Source: Hyaloraphidium curvatum SAG 235-1
Taxonomy: Eukaryota; Fungi; Monoblepharomycota
Assembly (NCBI GenBank): GCA_025558095.1
Contig: JAIVFI010000036.1
Location: 248,001 to 312,000 of the forward strand
Length of the DNA stretch: 64,000 nt
Direction of reading: 5' to 3'
Part shown: positions 36,350-48,029 of the stretch, one piece after another
How the letters are laid out: each line of letters starts with the position of its first letter
Position numbering within the stretch: position 1 is the first letter of the stretch
Translations under genes and position numbers: made by a program
The notes under the pieces: model-generated
Told to the model about the DNA's origin: nothing
Seen by the model: the letters and a program-made list of their open reading frames with translations, nothing else
Databases searched by the model: none

Positions 36350-39300
36350 ATGCCGTCGCTAGCGGCTCTGTTCCAGGCCGGCGGCGAGCGGTTCCGGCTG
36401 GGCGGGGCGGCGGCGGCGCAGGCGGACGTGCCGGCCGCGGAGGGGGAGCCCGAGCCGCCGCCGCGGGGGCCGCGCGACGCGGACGCCGACGGGGGCGGCG
36501 CGGCTGCGGACGCTGAGACGGCGCCGGCCGAGGGCGCCGACGCGGCCGCGCGGCCCGCGGGGGAGGGCGGCGCGGCAGACGCGGACAGCGCCTCCCCGCC
36601 GCCCGCGGGCGCCGGCAAGAAGAAGAAGAAGAAGCCGAAGCGCGCGGACGCCGAGGCCGCCGCGCCCGCAGACGCCGCGGACGTGATCGCCGCCGTCAGC
36701 GACTTTGTCGGCGCGGCCTCGCGCGCGCAGCAGGCGGCCGACGCCCCGGCAGACGCGCGCGGCGGCTCGCCCGGCTCGCAGGGCTTCGTGACGCCCGACT
36801 CGGACGCGCCGCCGAAGGAGGGCGGCTTCCGCGACGCGCTGCCGGACGCAGGCAGCGACAGCGACGACGAGGACGCACAACTGCCCGGAGCGCCGGGATC
36901 CGCCGCCGCCGCAGCGAAGCGGAAGAAGAAGAAGAAGAAGAAGCCCGCCACCGGAGCTGCCGCCGGCACGCAGGCACCCGAGACTTCTTCCTCCGCGCCG
37001 GCATCTTCCTCCTCCGCACCGTCGGGCCCCTCCGCCGCATCCTCCGCACCTCCCTCCTCCTCCTCTTCCGCACCTGCATCCTCCTCCTCCGCCTCCAAAT
37101 CCGGCAAACCCCCCGCACCCGCTGCGACGGGCCCCCGTCCCGACCCGGCTCCCGCGGAAAAGCTCCGCTCCCGGCGCGAGCAGCTGCAGCAGCGCCGCAC
37201 CGCGCGGATCCCCATCATCCGCACGCAGCCCGCCAAATCCGCCAGCTTCTCCTCGCAGGCCTCGTCGTCGGCCGGGGGGAACGGGAGCGGCGCGGGGAAG
37301 GACGACGCGGCGCCGAACCTGTCGCGGGACCAGGCCGACGCCATCATGAGCTACACCTCCCAGGTGTTCTTCCACAACTACCTGCGGCAGGTGGTCGGCG
37401 TGGGTGGGGCGGCGGGGATCAGCGTGGTGCAGCAGCGCGGGAGGTGGGTTCCTGCGTCGCCTACCTGGGGACGATGCTGATCTGTCGGGCTATTCAGCGA
37501 CGACGAGCGCGAGGGCCACCCGTCGCGCAAGCGCCGCGAGGACGCGGACGTGGAGCGGCGGAGGGACATCGTGGACCAGATCAAGAAGCTCAAGGGGAGC
37601 GACTGGGAGCCCGTGCAGGCGGCGCCGCTGGCGAGGTGGGATTGGCCGGTCGAGGTCGCGGGATCGAGCGCTGACGATGGAAACGGTCCCTGTCCCACAG
37701 GATGAAATACAGCACGCTGCAGACCGCCGGCGAGGTCATGATCCAGGTCAACCTCCCCGGGGTCAAGGAGGACGAGGTCGTGGTCGGCTGGCACGGCGAC
37801 AAGCAGGTCGAGCTCTCCTTCCCCACGGTGCAGTTCCACCCCGACGAGCCCACCGCGCTCTCCCTGGCGCTGTACGGCGCCGTGGTGCCCAAGAACACCA
37901 AGATCGAGTGCAAGCCCAAGCACGTGCAGGTGACGCTGCGCAAGGCCAAGGTGGGGCAGTGGGAGCGGATCGAGGGGCAGAGGAGGGACCGCAAGGCCGA
38001 GAACGGGGGCGAGGCGCAAGCGGCCCCGGGAACGGAGGCGGCGGAGGAGGCCAGGGGGAGGGGAGGGGCGGCGGGGGCGGACATCGACGAGATCGTGCGG
38101 GAGATCGAGGGGCGTGCCGGGGGTGGGCAGGCGGCGCCGAGGCCGGACAAGAGGTCCGCGTCGGTGGGCAAGCCAGCCAAGGAGAAGGAGGGGCCGCCGG
38201 CGGTGCGGACGGCGTCGGGGACGGAGCTGCCGTCCGAGGCGGGGCAGGCGATGCCGGGGAGCTGGGTCGAGGCGCCGGCGTATTCGTGGCCGGAGCTCGA
38301 GGGCGCACCCGACGGCGTGGAGCAGGGCGGGGAGGAAGTTGGGGAGCTGGCGCCGGCGGCGAGGAGGAGCTACGCGCCGGCGGGGCTGTTCAACATGGGG
38401 CAGACGTGCTACATGAACAGCATCCTCCAGGCGCTGGTGTCGATACCCGACGTCGGTCGGTACTTCATCGGTGGGTCGTCTTCTTGCTGTTCAAGCACCG
38501 TTTGCTCATGGATTGCTCCACAGACAACGACTATACCAACGACATCAACGCCACCAACCCGCTAGGCCACAAGGGCGAGATGGCCAATGCCTTTGCTGCC
38601 GTCGTCAAGCAGCTCCTCACCCCCGGTGCCGCGAGCTTCACCCCCAAAGCCTTCCTCAGCACGCTGCGCCAGCTCTGGTACAACCTGCAGGACGAGTACC
38701 AGCAGCACGACGCGCACGAGCTCATGTCCTTCCTCCTGGACGCCGTGCACGAGGACCTGAACCGCGTGCAGGACCGCAAGAAGGTGCCGCAGCTCGAGGA
38801 GAAGGACGACGAGCCGGACCACCTCGCTGCGCGGCGCTTCTGGGAGCACCACTCGATGCTCAACGACAGCGAGATCGTGCGGCTGTTCCAGGGGCTGTAC
38901 CGGAGCGCGGTCGAGTGCAAGAACTGCAAGAAGCGCAGCGTCAAGTTCGACCCGTTCATGTACATGACCGTCTCGCTGCCCGAGGAGCGCATCCAGGTGC
39001 GCGTGAGCTCGGTTTCCATCACGGGGCAGAAGACCGTGCACCCGGCGCAGTCCTTCCCCAAGGAGGCCAAGTTCGACGACGTGCGCAAGCGCATCGGGCA
39101 GAATAACGCGGTCGTGTGCGCGCTGAGCGACGACGGGACCATGGTCAGGACGGCGTACAAGTCGGAGAACCGGATATCGAGCATTTACAACGAGCACGGT
39201 CCCCCGGGCCCGCTCGATGTCTTTGTGTATGTTCCGTCGGGTCTATTGTCGCGCGGTCGTTCCTGACACTCTCGTCTGCCCAGCTACGAGATCGAGCCCG

Positions 39301-40610
39301 ACAGCGCGTTCATCGCCGTGCACCATGTCGCGACAGGCAGCCGCACCAGCGCCTTCGGGGAGCGCTTCGGCTCCGCCCTCGTCCTCTCGGTCCCGCCGGG
39401 CACCTACACCCGCGCGGAGCTGTACCGCGTCCTGCTGGAAAAGCTCAAGATCTACGGGGTGCTCCCCGCCGACTTTGACGACGCCACCGACCCGCCGCCC
39501 TTCCTCGTGCGCGCGCACAAGAACAACGGGCCGGCGTCGCCGACGTCGTCGGACGAGGAGGGGTCCGAGACCCGGAGGCGGTCGACGGAGGAGGCGGAGC
39601 AGCTGGGGCTCGCGGAGCCCGAGGGGCCGTTCGTCACGCTGCAGCCGACGAAGTTCGAGCGGATCGTGCTGGATTGGCGGGCGGACGCCAAGAACCACTA
39701 CTACCGGGACAGGGGCTTCGTGGGTGGCTCAGGGGCGTCGACTTTCTTTGATGCCGCGCTGACTTTGTCGCCGCCAGAAATCGGACTCGGATTCGGACGA
39801 CGAGGATGCGCGCTCCGCGTCTTCGCCGAGTAAGCAGAAGCCGAACGGCATCCTGCACAGCCCGAGCAGGCCCAACGGCGTGCGCGGCGGCTCGGCGGAC
39901 GGCGCGGTGCAGCAGCCCCCCATCACCCTCGAGGACTGCATCCACATGTTCAGCGCCCCCGAGGACCTGGACGAGGACAGCTGGACGTGCCAGCGGTGCA
40001 AGCGCAAGGGCATGGCAACCAAGCGGCTCAACCTCTACACGCTCCCCGACGTCTTCATCGTGCACATTAAGCGGTTCCGGTGGCTCGACAACCCCGGCGG
40101 GTTCTCCTACAATAAGAAGATCGACGTCCACGTCGACTTCCCCATGGAGATGGACCTGAGCAAGCACGCGCTCGGCGTCAAGGGGCCCGCACAGTACAGG
40201 CTGTTTGCCGTCGTCAATCATTTTGGAAGCACCTTTTCCGGTCACTGTGGGTTTTGAGGTCGGATGTTCAGCGTCGATGTCGCCCTGACCCTGATTCTCG
40301 TAGACACTACCTTCTGCGACCGATCCGGAATTCAGGAGCTCTTCCCGGACGCGGCGGACGGCGAGGCGGCGTCGGGCACCAGCTCGGGCGATAGGCAACC
40401 TGCGTGGTTCGAGTTTGACGACGAGGCGGTCAAGAAGATGAGCGAGTCGGAAGTCAAGGTATGGTTTTTCCCGGGTTCTTCGTTTCAACGGTTTTCTGAC
40501 TCTGCTTCGCCGTTTAGACAAAGTGGGCTTACTTGCTCTTCTACAGGCGGTTGAACAGCGACCGGGAGCCCGCAAAGGCGGTGTCGTCGGAGACGCTGTT
40601 GGCTGAGTGA
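36350..40610 (+). CDS. Ubiquitin-specific protease (C19) with an upstream CS/p23-like domain
   Basis: Cys box GLFNMGQTCYMNSILQ, QQHDAHELMSFLLD..HEDLNR, LPDVFIVHIKRF, His box VVNHFGSTFSGHY, WFEFDD, AYLLFYRR. CS-like YSTLQTAGEVMIQV...VQVTLRKA...WERI. Seven short introns. Confidence 0.9.
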
Positions 40611-41503
40611 TTTCACGGCGGGCACTTGATCTTTGTCAGAAAGCGTAGACGAAGGAAGGACCTTTGGATTCGCAGTGGGCGGCAAAGGGTCTGATGGATC
40701 TGCACCGTGTAGTGTGACATTGCTGTAAATGATCTTCTAAGTTCCATTCAAAGACACGAGAGCTGTCTCGCGCGATGCCCTATAGGAACCGCCAGGAGGC
40801 GGGTCCTGCAGGAAGCATGCGGGAGCGGTGGTTGTTCTCCCAAGCGACTGAGCGCAGGCCATCGATCCTTGTAGCCATGTGGCTACAGTACGAGCTGTGA
40901 CTCTATTGCGCTTGGTTGCGACTCGGCCGGCGCGATGTGCGACTTGGAACAAAAGGCGACGGGGATGACCTGCCGCTGGACGGTCTGCGGGGCGGAGGTC
41001 CATCCGCCGGCGCAGAAACTGAGCACTGGCAATAGCTCTATACGTAGGCAACGAATAGTAGACAGACGGCTGGCAGAGAGAGAGAGGGCCTCTGAAGAGG
41101 GATGGGTGTTTGTCGTTTTGTTTTCAGCGCCCGCGCCACTTTCCCTCATCATCGCTTGCTCTTGGCGGCCGGCGGGTTGAGTTGTCCCTTTTTCGCTGCA
41201 GGGAACGGTTAGTATCGCGTGGAGACTGGTAGCTTCCGGCCGGCGTGCCCGCTCGGACGACGCGCCGACGGCGCAGGCACTTCCCTGCGCCAGAGGGGTC
41301 CCTTGCGGGTTGCCGTCAATCCTTGGGCCTGGGAGCAATCGGGCTTGCTTGGCGGGTGCTCTGAAGTGCTGGACGAGGCATTCCTGGGTTCGCTGAGCTG
41401 GTGGCACGGAAACCAACCGTTAGATCATTCCTGACTCGGTCGCGCCCTCAAAGGCCCTCGTCTTCGGCTCAATTGCCCGGCTTGAGCTACCTTCTTGCTC
41501 AAG

Positions 41504-43789
41504 ATGTGCGGGATCTTTGCCTGCTTCGGGGTATCGGATGCCCAGGGCTTCCGGCAACGTGCCCTGCAGTTGTCGAAGCGGTGAGGGACATCCCCAGAGC
41601 AGCGAGTGCGGGCTCTGAGCAGCTTTTCCGGCAGCATCCGGCACCGTGGACCTGACTGGAACGGCTGCATCGTCATCCGTAACAACATCATTTGCCACGA
41701 GCGCCTCGCCATTGTCGGCGTCGGTGGGGATGGCTCTCCGTCGGCTCTGATTCCGGATCTAAACTTCGTCTCTCGCAGACTCGGGAGCCCAGCCACTGAC
41801 CAACGCCGACGAGTCCGTCATCCTGACGGTCAACGGCGAGATCTACAACCACCTAACGCTTCGGAGTCGGCTGCAGAAGCAGCACAACTTCAAGACCCAC
41901 TCGGACTGTGAAGTCATCTTGTACCTGGTCAGTTTGTCGTGTCTTGCTGCGGACTTTACGCTTACTGTCTTGCCCTCGCTGTGTGCCGAACCAGTGGGAA
42001 GAGCAGCGGGAAAAGTTCATCAACCTGCTCGATGGGTTTTTCGCGTTCGTGCTCTACGACGCAAGGACCAACGAGTACATCGCGGCGCGCGATCCCATCG
42101 GTGTCACGACGCTCTACATGGGATGGCGCAACGAGGACAACTCTGTCTGGTTCGCTTCGGAGATGAAGACCCTCCACGAGGAGTGCGATCGGATCATCGC
42201 CTTCCCTCCCGGCAACTACTACTCGTCCAAGACTAAGGAGATCACGAGGTGGTACAACCCGACTTGGTACGGCCACATCGACTCCGGCTTCCCGTCCCCG
42301 GCCGACTTCGAGAAGAAGCAAACGCCGGAGCAGGACGCCAAGATGTACACCAACCTCAGGGTGGCGCTGGAACGGGCGGTGAAGAAGCGGCTCATGTCCG
42401 AAGTGCCGTTCGGTGTGCTGCTTTCGGGAGGCCTGGATTCCAGCCTCATCTCGGCAATCACGGTGCGGATGGTCAACAAGTACCGCGAGGAGGCCATGAA
42501 GAACCAGCAAGCCAACGGCCACGGGCCTACTGACGCCGAGGAAATCGACGAAACTGGTGAGCTGCGCGCGCTACGTGTCGCCGCCTTGCTTGACTCCTCA
42601 TTTTCCAGCCAACGCCTTCCGTGCCATCGACTACTGGCCGCGCACCCACTCGTTCTCCATCGGCCTTCCCAACGCCCCCGACCTGAAGTACGCCCGCAAG
42701 GTCGCCGAGTTCCTGGACACTGCCCACCACGAGTACACCTACTCCTTCCAAGAGGGTCTGGACGCCATCCCCGACGTTATCTGGCACCTCGAGACCTACG
42801 ACGTGACCACCATCCGGGCCTCCACTCCCATGTACCTTCTGTCGCGCAGGATCAAGAGTATGGGCGTCAAGATGGTGCTCAGTGGCGAGGGCAGCGACGA
42901 AGTGTTCGGAGGTGAGCTTCGGTCGGCGATCTTAAGGACATCTACGGGCTTTGGCAATCGGCCGAGGGGGACGGCCTGCAACATGATGAACGAATTTACT
43001 CACAGACCTGTACCGATCTACGGATCTGAGGATTCAGTAATTCTGCTTCACTGACTTGCTGGCGGGGCTGGGGACTTGGGAGGGATGCTGCAGCGCGAAC
43101 GTCTCTAACTCTCCTTCCTTCTGGCCTTGCAGGGTACCTCTACTTCCACTCGGCGCCCGATGCCCAGCAGTTCCACCACGAGTGCATTAAGCGGATCCAG
43201 AACCTTCACACTTCCGACTGCCTCCGCGCCAACAAGGCTACCATGGCCTGGGGTCTCGAGTGCCGCGTTCCGTTCCTGGACAAGGCCTTCCTTGACGTGG
43301 CGATGGCCGAAGTGCCGCCCAACCACAAGCTCATCAACCAGGCGCCCTATTTCCACAAGGTGGAGAAGTACGTGATCCGGAAGGCATTCGACGACCCCGA
43401 GAACCCCTACCTGCCCCCGGAGATCCTGTGGCGGCAGAAGGAGCAGTTCTCGGACGGCGTCGGGTACGGCTGGATCGACGGGCTGAAGGCACATGCCGAG
43501 GCCGCCGTCTCGGACGCACAATTCGAGGCCCGCGCCGAGCGCTTCCCGCACGACACTCCGACGACGAAGGAGGCGTACTGGTACCGCCACCTGTTTGAGC
43601 AGATGTTCCCGGAGAAGGCGTGCCTCGAGAGCATCGTTCGCTGGATTCCGCGTCGGGATTGGGGTGAGTCCACGGAGCGGGCGGGACCGAATGTCTATGC
43701 TGACTCAACGATTTGCAGGCTGCCCCGAGGATCCTTCCGGACGTGCGCAGAAGGCGCACGAGCAGGCATATGACAAGCCCAAGGCGTGA
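41504..43789 (+). CDS. ASN2: Glutamine-dependent asparagine synthetase
   Basis: [77 protein letters not shown]. Confidence 0.97.
42978..43059 (+). ncRNA. Intronic box C/D snoRNA (U25/snR56-like, double guide)
   Basis: Lies in an unusually long ASN intron (~42912-43132). GCAA/TTGC terminal stem; C box ATGATGA (42983-42989); guide TCACAGACCTGT complementary to SSU rRNA ACAGGUCUGUGA; D' CCGA; C'-like TGAGGA; second guide AATTCTGCTTC; D box CTGA (43051-43054). Confidence 0.85.
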
Positions 43790-43968
43790 ACACCTTAGGA
43801 GGTTAGATTGTATAGAGACCACTCAATGTGTAATGAGAACCTGAATCGAGGTCGGATCGCGAGTAGTCATCGCGAGAGAGAGATGGACTTCAGCGAAAGC
43901 TAGATCGGTCAATTCTATTCGGCAGTTTCCCTGTCCGTCCGCCCCGCCTTCGCAACGACATTATCAAC

Positions 43969-44916
43969 TCATTGATTCTTCTTTGGGCCCCCGTCGGCCC
44001 TGCCAAGATCGGAGTTCGTCAGTCGTCCAAAGTGTGTGGCCGTGATCTCACCATTCCGGGTTCAAAGTCAAGACGCCCCAGTTGAGGTAGCTCGCAAAGG
44101 AGACCCAGATCGCGTACGGGATCATGAGGTAACCAGCGAGCTTGTCGCGTCGGAAGAACGAGACTCCCGTGGCGGCGACTAGGAACCAGAGGGCGGAGAT
44201 GTCGATCATGGCCCATCGGACACGCTTGCTGGTAAAGACAGCGTCAAGTGAGCTTCTGCTCCCGAAGAGAACGGAGTGAGGCCCACTAGTAGAAGAACAG
44301 AGGGCTCCAGAGTAGGTTGAGCGTTAGCTGGGCAAGATAGAGCTTCAGAGGCCCCGATTCCAGAATGGTCCGCGGAGTGTACGTGTTGTACACTCGGTAG
44401 CTCGCGTAGCCCATGCAGATGTAAAGCGTCGTCCAGCTGCGAGGATTTGGCTAAGCGCGGAAGGTGACCCCGAGAACCGAGATCCTCACGCAATAGGAAA
44501 GAGGTAGTTCGGCGGCACCAACTCCGGCTTCTTGAGGTCTTTGTACCACGTCTTGACCGAGGTACGCGTAACGAACCCAGATGCCATCCCCAAGCCCAGA
44601 GCTGGTCGATAGCGGTTTCAGGGACTCGTCGGGGTCTCTCCGCACACTGCTCACGCATGGCGATTGAGAGTACGAGAGCGCGATTGAACGGCAATCCGAG
44701 GAAGGATTTGTCGAGAAAGTCGTGGAAGCCCGAGGAGGAAGCTGCTGCCGCTCCCGCGGCGGCGGAAGCGCCTGCGGCGCCGGAGGAAAGGGCCGCGGTC
44801 ACATCGTCCGCCTCAAGCTCCGCGTCCGCATCGTCGGCGGACGGGTCGGCTTCGACGTGACCGGAACCTTTCACGGGAGCCAGGCCCGACCACGGCTTGG
44901 CAGAGAACCAGGACAT
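43969..44916 (-). CDS. TSPO: TspO/MBR translocator protein
   Basis: Spliced: WYKDLKKPELVPPNYLFP, WTTLYICMGYASYRVY, YLAQLTLNLLWSPLFF, AGYLMIPYAIWVSFASYLN; ends GGPKKNQ*. Confidence 0.92.
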
Positions 44917-45140
44917 CCTTTCAAGTGTGCGGCTTGGGGACAAGGCCACAGTGACTGCACGCAACACTGGCCGCGCCGGCCGTAGAAACAGCAGCACCAG
45001 CACCTCCAGGACGGCTGATCTCCACAAAGACTTGATGGCAAGGTCAACGGATAACTGTTGATGGCTACGAATCGTTAAAGGTCGCTACAGATCATGAATG
45101 GCCCCCCGCTCCGGCCGCCCGTCCCGATCCTACACGCACA

Positions 45141-45218
45141 AGAGCGCGACACTAGTACACTGCGTTTCCACGCATCTCTGGCATGTCGAGGTCTCCAGTT
45201 CAACTCTGGAAGATGGCA
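45141..45218 (+). pseudogene. 5'-truncated copy of tRNA-Thr(AGT)
   Basis: Begins at AGAGCGCGACACTAGTA and lacks the first ~21 nt (5' acceptor strand and A box) of the gene at 45836-45934. Confidence 0.85.
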
Positions 45219-45913
45219 AAAATCGTTTTGGATCTGTCCGTCATGTCCCTGGGGAACGGGAGGGGGACGGCCACTGTTGAGCCTCGGGGGCGTCGGGACT
45301 AAGCTCTGATTGAGAACAGAAGCAGCCACCGTTTCTGCCTCCTCCGCCCATCAATCCGGTTCGAACGGCGGCTCACAGCTCGGAGTGATCGAAGCAAACG
45401 AGCTTATGTCACTTCCAATCCAGCTTCCTGCACGGATTCCCGCAAGACCAACCATCGTGGCCGGGGCGAAGCGGCAGGGGGTTTTCCCAGCTACGCGAAA
45501 CTATTAGGGCCTGGGAGGCGGAGGCGAATGGTGGCGCCGACGCCAGCAAATGAATGGACTCTAATGTCCTTTGCTCTCTATTGGCTGTTTACGTCAAAAG
45601 CGAATGCCAGAAGCTGGATTGGAAGTGACATAAGCTCGTTTGCTTCGATCACTCCGAGCTGTGAGCCGCCGTTCGAACCGGATTGATAGGCGGAGAAGGC
45701 AGAAACGGTGGCTGCTTCTGTTCTCAATCAGAGCTTAAGGCGTGGTGCCCCTCCCGCCCGACGCCCCCGAGGATCAAAAGTGGCCGTTCCTCTCCCGTTC
45801 CCCAGGGACATGACGGACAGATCCAAAACGGTTTTTGCCATCTTCCAGAGTTGAACTGGAGACCTCGACATGCCAGAGATGCGTGGAAACGCATTATACT
45901 AGTGTCGCGCTCT
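45141..45913. repeat. Foldback: inverted arms 45141-45427 and 45610-45913 with a ~180-bp spacer
   Basis: Near-perfect reverse complements, e.g. GCTCGGAGTGATCGAAGCAAACGAGCTTATGTCACTTCCAATCCAGCTTC, with one ~18-bp indel. Confidence 0.95.
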
Positions 45914-45934
45914 AACCAACTGAGCTAAGACGGC
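45836..45934 (-). tRNA. tRNA-Thr: tRNA-Thr(AGT) with a 25-nt intron (45872-45896)
   Basis: GCCGTCT-TA-GCTC AGTTGGTTA GAGC-G-CGACA CT AGT A[intron]A TGTCG-AGGTC-TCCAG TTCAACT CTGGA-AGATGGC-A, with TTTT shortly downstream. Confidence 0.92.
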
Positions 45935-46195
45935 GGATCCTCGTGACAGGGCCTTATTGGAAACTCTTAGTGGGGAAGTCGAGGTGAGTCGGGTGGGTGG
46001 TGAACTCGTCGTTGACTCGAAGCAAAGATCCACGATCATGAAGAAAGGTCTTCTTGCTCGCCCTGTCTCATTTTGGAGCCGATCCGAGCGGAATGGACCG
46101 TGGTTGGGGGCGGTGATCATTTCCCCCTCCGCGGTGGCGGGGCCTGTGTGGCGGCAAGTGCCTCCGTCTCCCACTCAAAGCTGCACGACCGAGCG

Positions 46196-46984
46196 ATGGA
46201 CGTCCGCGGAGTCTGGAGGCTCGTCGCCCAGCGCTCTTTCGATGCCGCCTCGGGCGAGCCGCACCACTACGAGCCCTACGGCCCCGAGGGCATGGGCATC
46301 GTGCACATCACGGACCACCGCGTGATCGCCGTCCTTTCGGACGGCCGCGCCGAGCTCCCCGACGGCCACTCGCGCACCTTCTCCTCGTACGGAGGCCACT
46401 ACACCTTCGACGGCTCTACGTTGGTGACGACGGTGGACGTCTCCTCCGATTGGTCTAGGTTGAACGGACAGCAGGTCCGGGCCGCGCGGATGGTCGGCGA
46501 CCGGCTCGTCCTGAGCCCGCCGCCAAGGGAGATCGACGGAAAGCACCTCAGGATGGAGTTCGAGTGGGCCCGGCTCGCCCCGGGGAGCAAGCCGCGCGCG
46601 TCGATCCATGGGGCGTGGAAGCTGGTCGAGCAGCGGGCCGTGGACGAGTCGGGGGAGCCCGTCGGGCAGAACCCGTTCGGCGAGCACGCGACGGGGCTGA
46701 TCCTTTCCAACGGGGACCGCGGGATGGTGGTGGTCGTCGACAACAAGCCCGGGCACCACGACGAGGAGAGGAAGCGGCCGTACGCCGCCTACGCGGCCAG
46801 GGTCCGGCACGAAACGAACCGACTCCTCAACCACGCCGACGCGGCATCGCACGAGGTTCTGCTCGGCGAGCAGCACCGCGAGATCAGCTTCGATGGGAAG
46901 CACATGGTGCTCAAGGCCCCGCCGACGCCGATCGGGGACGGGAGAGTGGCGCACGGGATCCTCGTGTGGGAGCCGTTGGAGTAG
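46196..46984 (+). CDS. Tandem two-domain lipocalin-like protein, intronless
   Basis: Two similar halves: VRGVWRLV...PYGPEGMG...SYGGHY...QQVR..LVL..EW and IHGAWKLV...PFGEHATG...AYAARV...EQHR..MVL..VW. Confidence 0.72.
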   Translation: MDVRGVWRLVAQRSFDAASGEPHHYEPYGPEGMGIVHITDHRVIAVLSDGRAELPDGHSRTFSSYGGHYTFDGSTLVTTVDVSSDWSRLNGQQVRAARMVGDRLVLSPPPREIDGKHLRMEFEWARLAPGSKPRASIHGAWKLVEQRAVDESGEPVGQNPFGEHATGLILSNGDRGMVVVVDNKPGHHDEERKRPYAAYAARVRHETNRLLNHADAASHEVLLGEQHREISFDGKHMVLKAPPTPIGDGRVAHGILVWEPLE

Positions 46985-47137
46985 CAGTGAGGGTCTGGGT
47001 TGGAAAGAAGTGTCGCGTCTAGGTGCCTTTCCTCCTTTGGAACGGTGATCCGATGCCGGTCTACGCCTCGTGGGCTCGGAGGGCGCGGTGGAGTCGAACT
47101 TCAATGATGACTTCTCGCCCGAGCGCCGAGTTCCGGC

Positions 47138-47992
47138 ATGATATCGCAAGCGCGCGCGCTGCCGCTGCTGGTCGCGGCCGCGATGCTCGTGTCTTTCCTG
47201 TACTTGTCGCCGGCCTCCGAGCCACCGGCGGACAGTACGGGCGCGATTCGGGGACAGGCATCGCGGGACGCGTCCGCCGGAGCACCAACGGAGCCGCGCG
47301 CCCTCCCGCTCTGCGCGCACCGCGGGTCGACGGCGCCGTCGCCATCGCCGATGACGGCTGCCGCGCTCTCCGCCAACGTGGCCGCCCTCTTTGCCGCGCG
47401 CGTCTTCTGCTTCGACGTGGACGTGACGGCCGACCCCGACGGCGGGCCCCCGATCCTCGGCCACCCCGCGGACGTGGGGCGTGCACAATCCACCGCAGCG
47501 CTACCTCGCTTGGCGGATTTGCTGCACAGCCCGCTGCTGCGTGGCGACGGGCCGCCGGTGCTGTTCCTCGTCGAGCCAAAGGCCGGCCCGGAGAAGAGGC
47601 CCGAGCTGGTGAAGCGGATACTCGAGATAGCCGAGACGGCATCGGCGCTGTCGCAGCGCGCGCGTGCGATCTACCTGATTAGCAGCAATGCCGCGGACGC
47701 GGCCTCGGACGCGGCGGCGGGTGCGAGGGTTGCCTTTCCGCTGTTGGACCGTACAAAGTGCCCTGTGCCACCCGAGGCCCTTCGTGCGGCGTCGCTCCTG
47801 ATGCCATCCGTACGCTGCATGGAAGGTGCCTCGCGCCAGGCTGTGGACCGCTGGCGCGGAACGCACGCGGGGGCCGAGATCGTCTCCTGGTTGGCCGACG
47901 ACTGCCGTTCGCTCAGGGCGGCCTTGGCCGACGGCGCCACGCGGGTCGTGAGCAATGTAGCGGACGATCTGGCACGGAATTGCACATTCTAG
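47138..47992 (+). CDS. Glycerophosphodiester phosphodiesterase (PLC-like TIM barrel)-like membrane or secreted protein
   Basis: N-terminal hydrophobic segment, CAHRG, FDVDV..T.D, ILGHP, VEPK, SWLADD, VVSN. Confidence 0.65.
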   Translation: MISQARALPLLVAAAMLVSFLYLSPASEPPADSTGAIRGQASRDASAGAPTEPRALPLCAHRGSTAPSPSPMTAAALSANVAALFAARVFCFDVDVTADPDGGPPILGHPADVGRAQSTAALPRLADLLHSPLLRGDGPPVLFLVEPKAGPEKRPELVKRILEIAETASALSQRARAIYLISSNAADAASDAAAGARVAFPLLDRTKCPVPPEALRAASLLMPSVRCMEGASRQAVDRWRGTHAGAEIVSWLADDCRSLRAALADGATRVVSNVADDLARNCTF

Positions 47993-48029
47993 TCCGCCGG
48001 AAGCTCGTCTTGTGTTCCCATGCTACTGC

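Noticed and set aside
40737-41434. Short ORFs between the USP and ASN genes
   Set aside because: No motifs, codon bias or consistent splice pattern; treated as intergenic.
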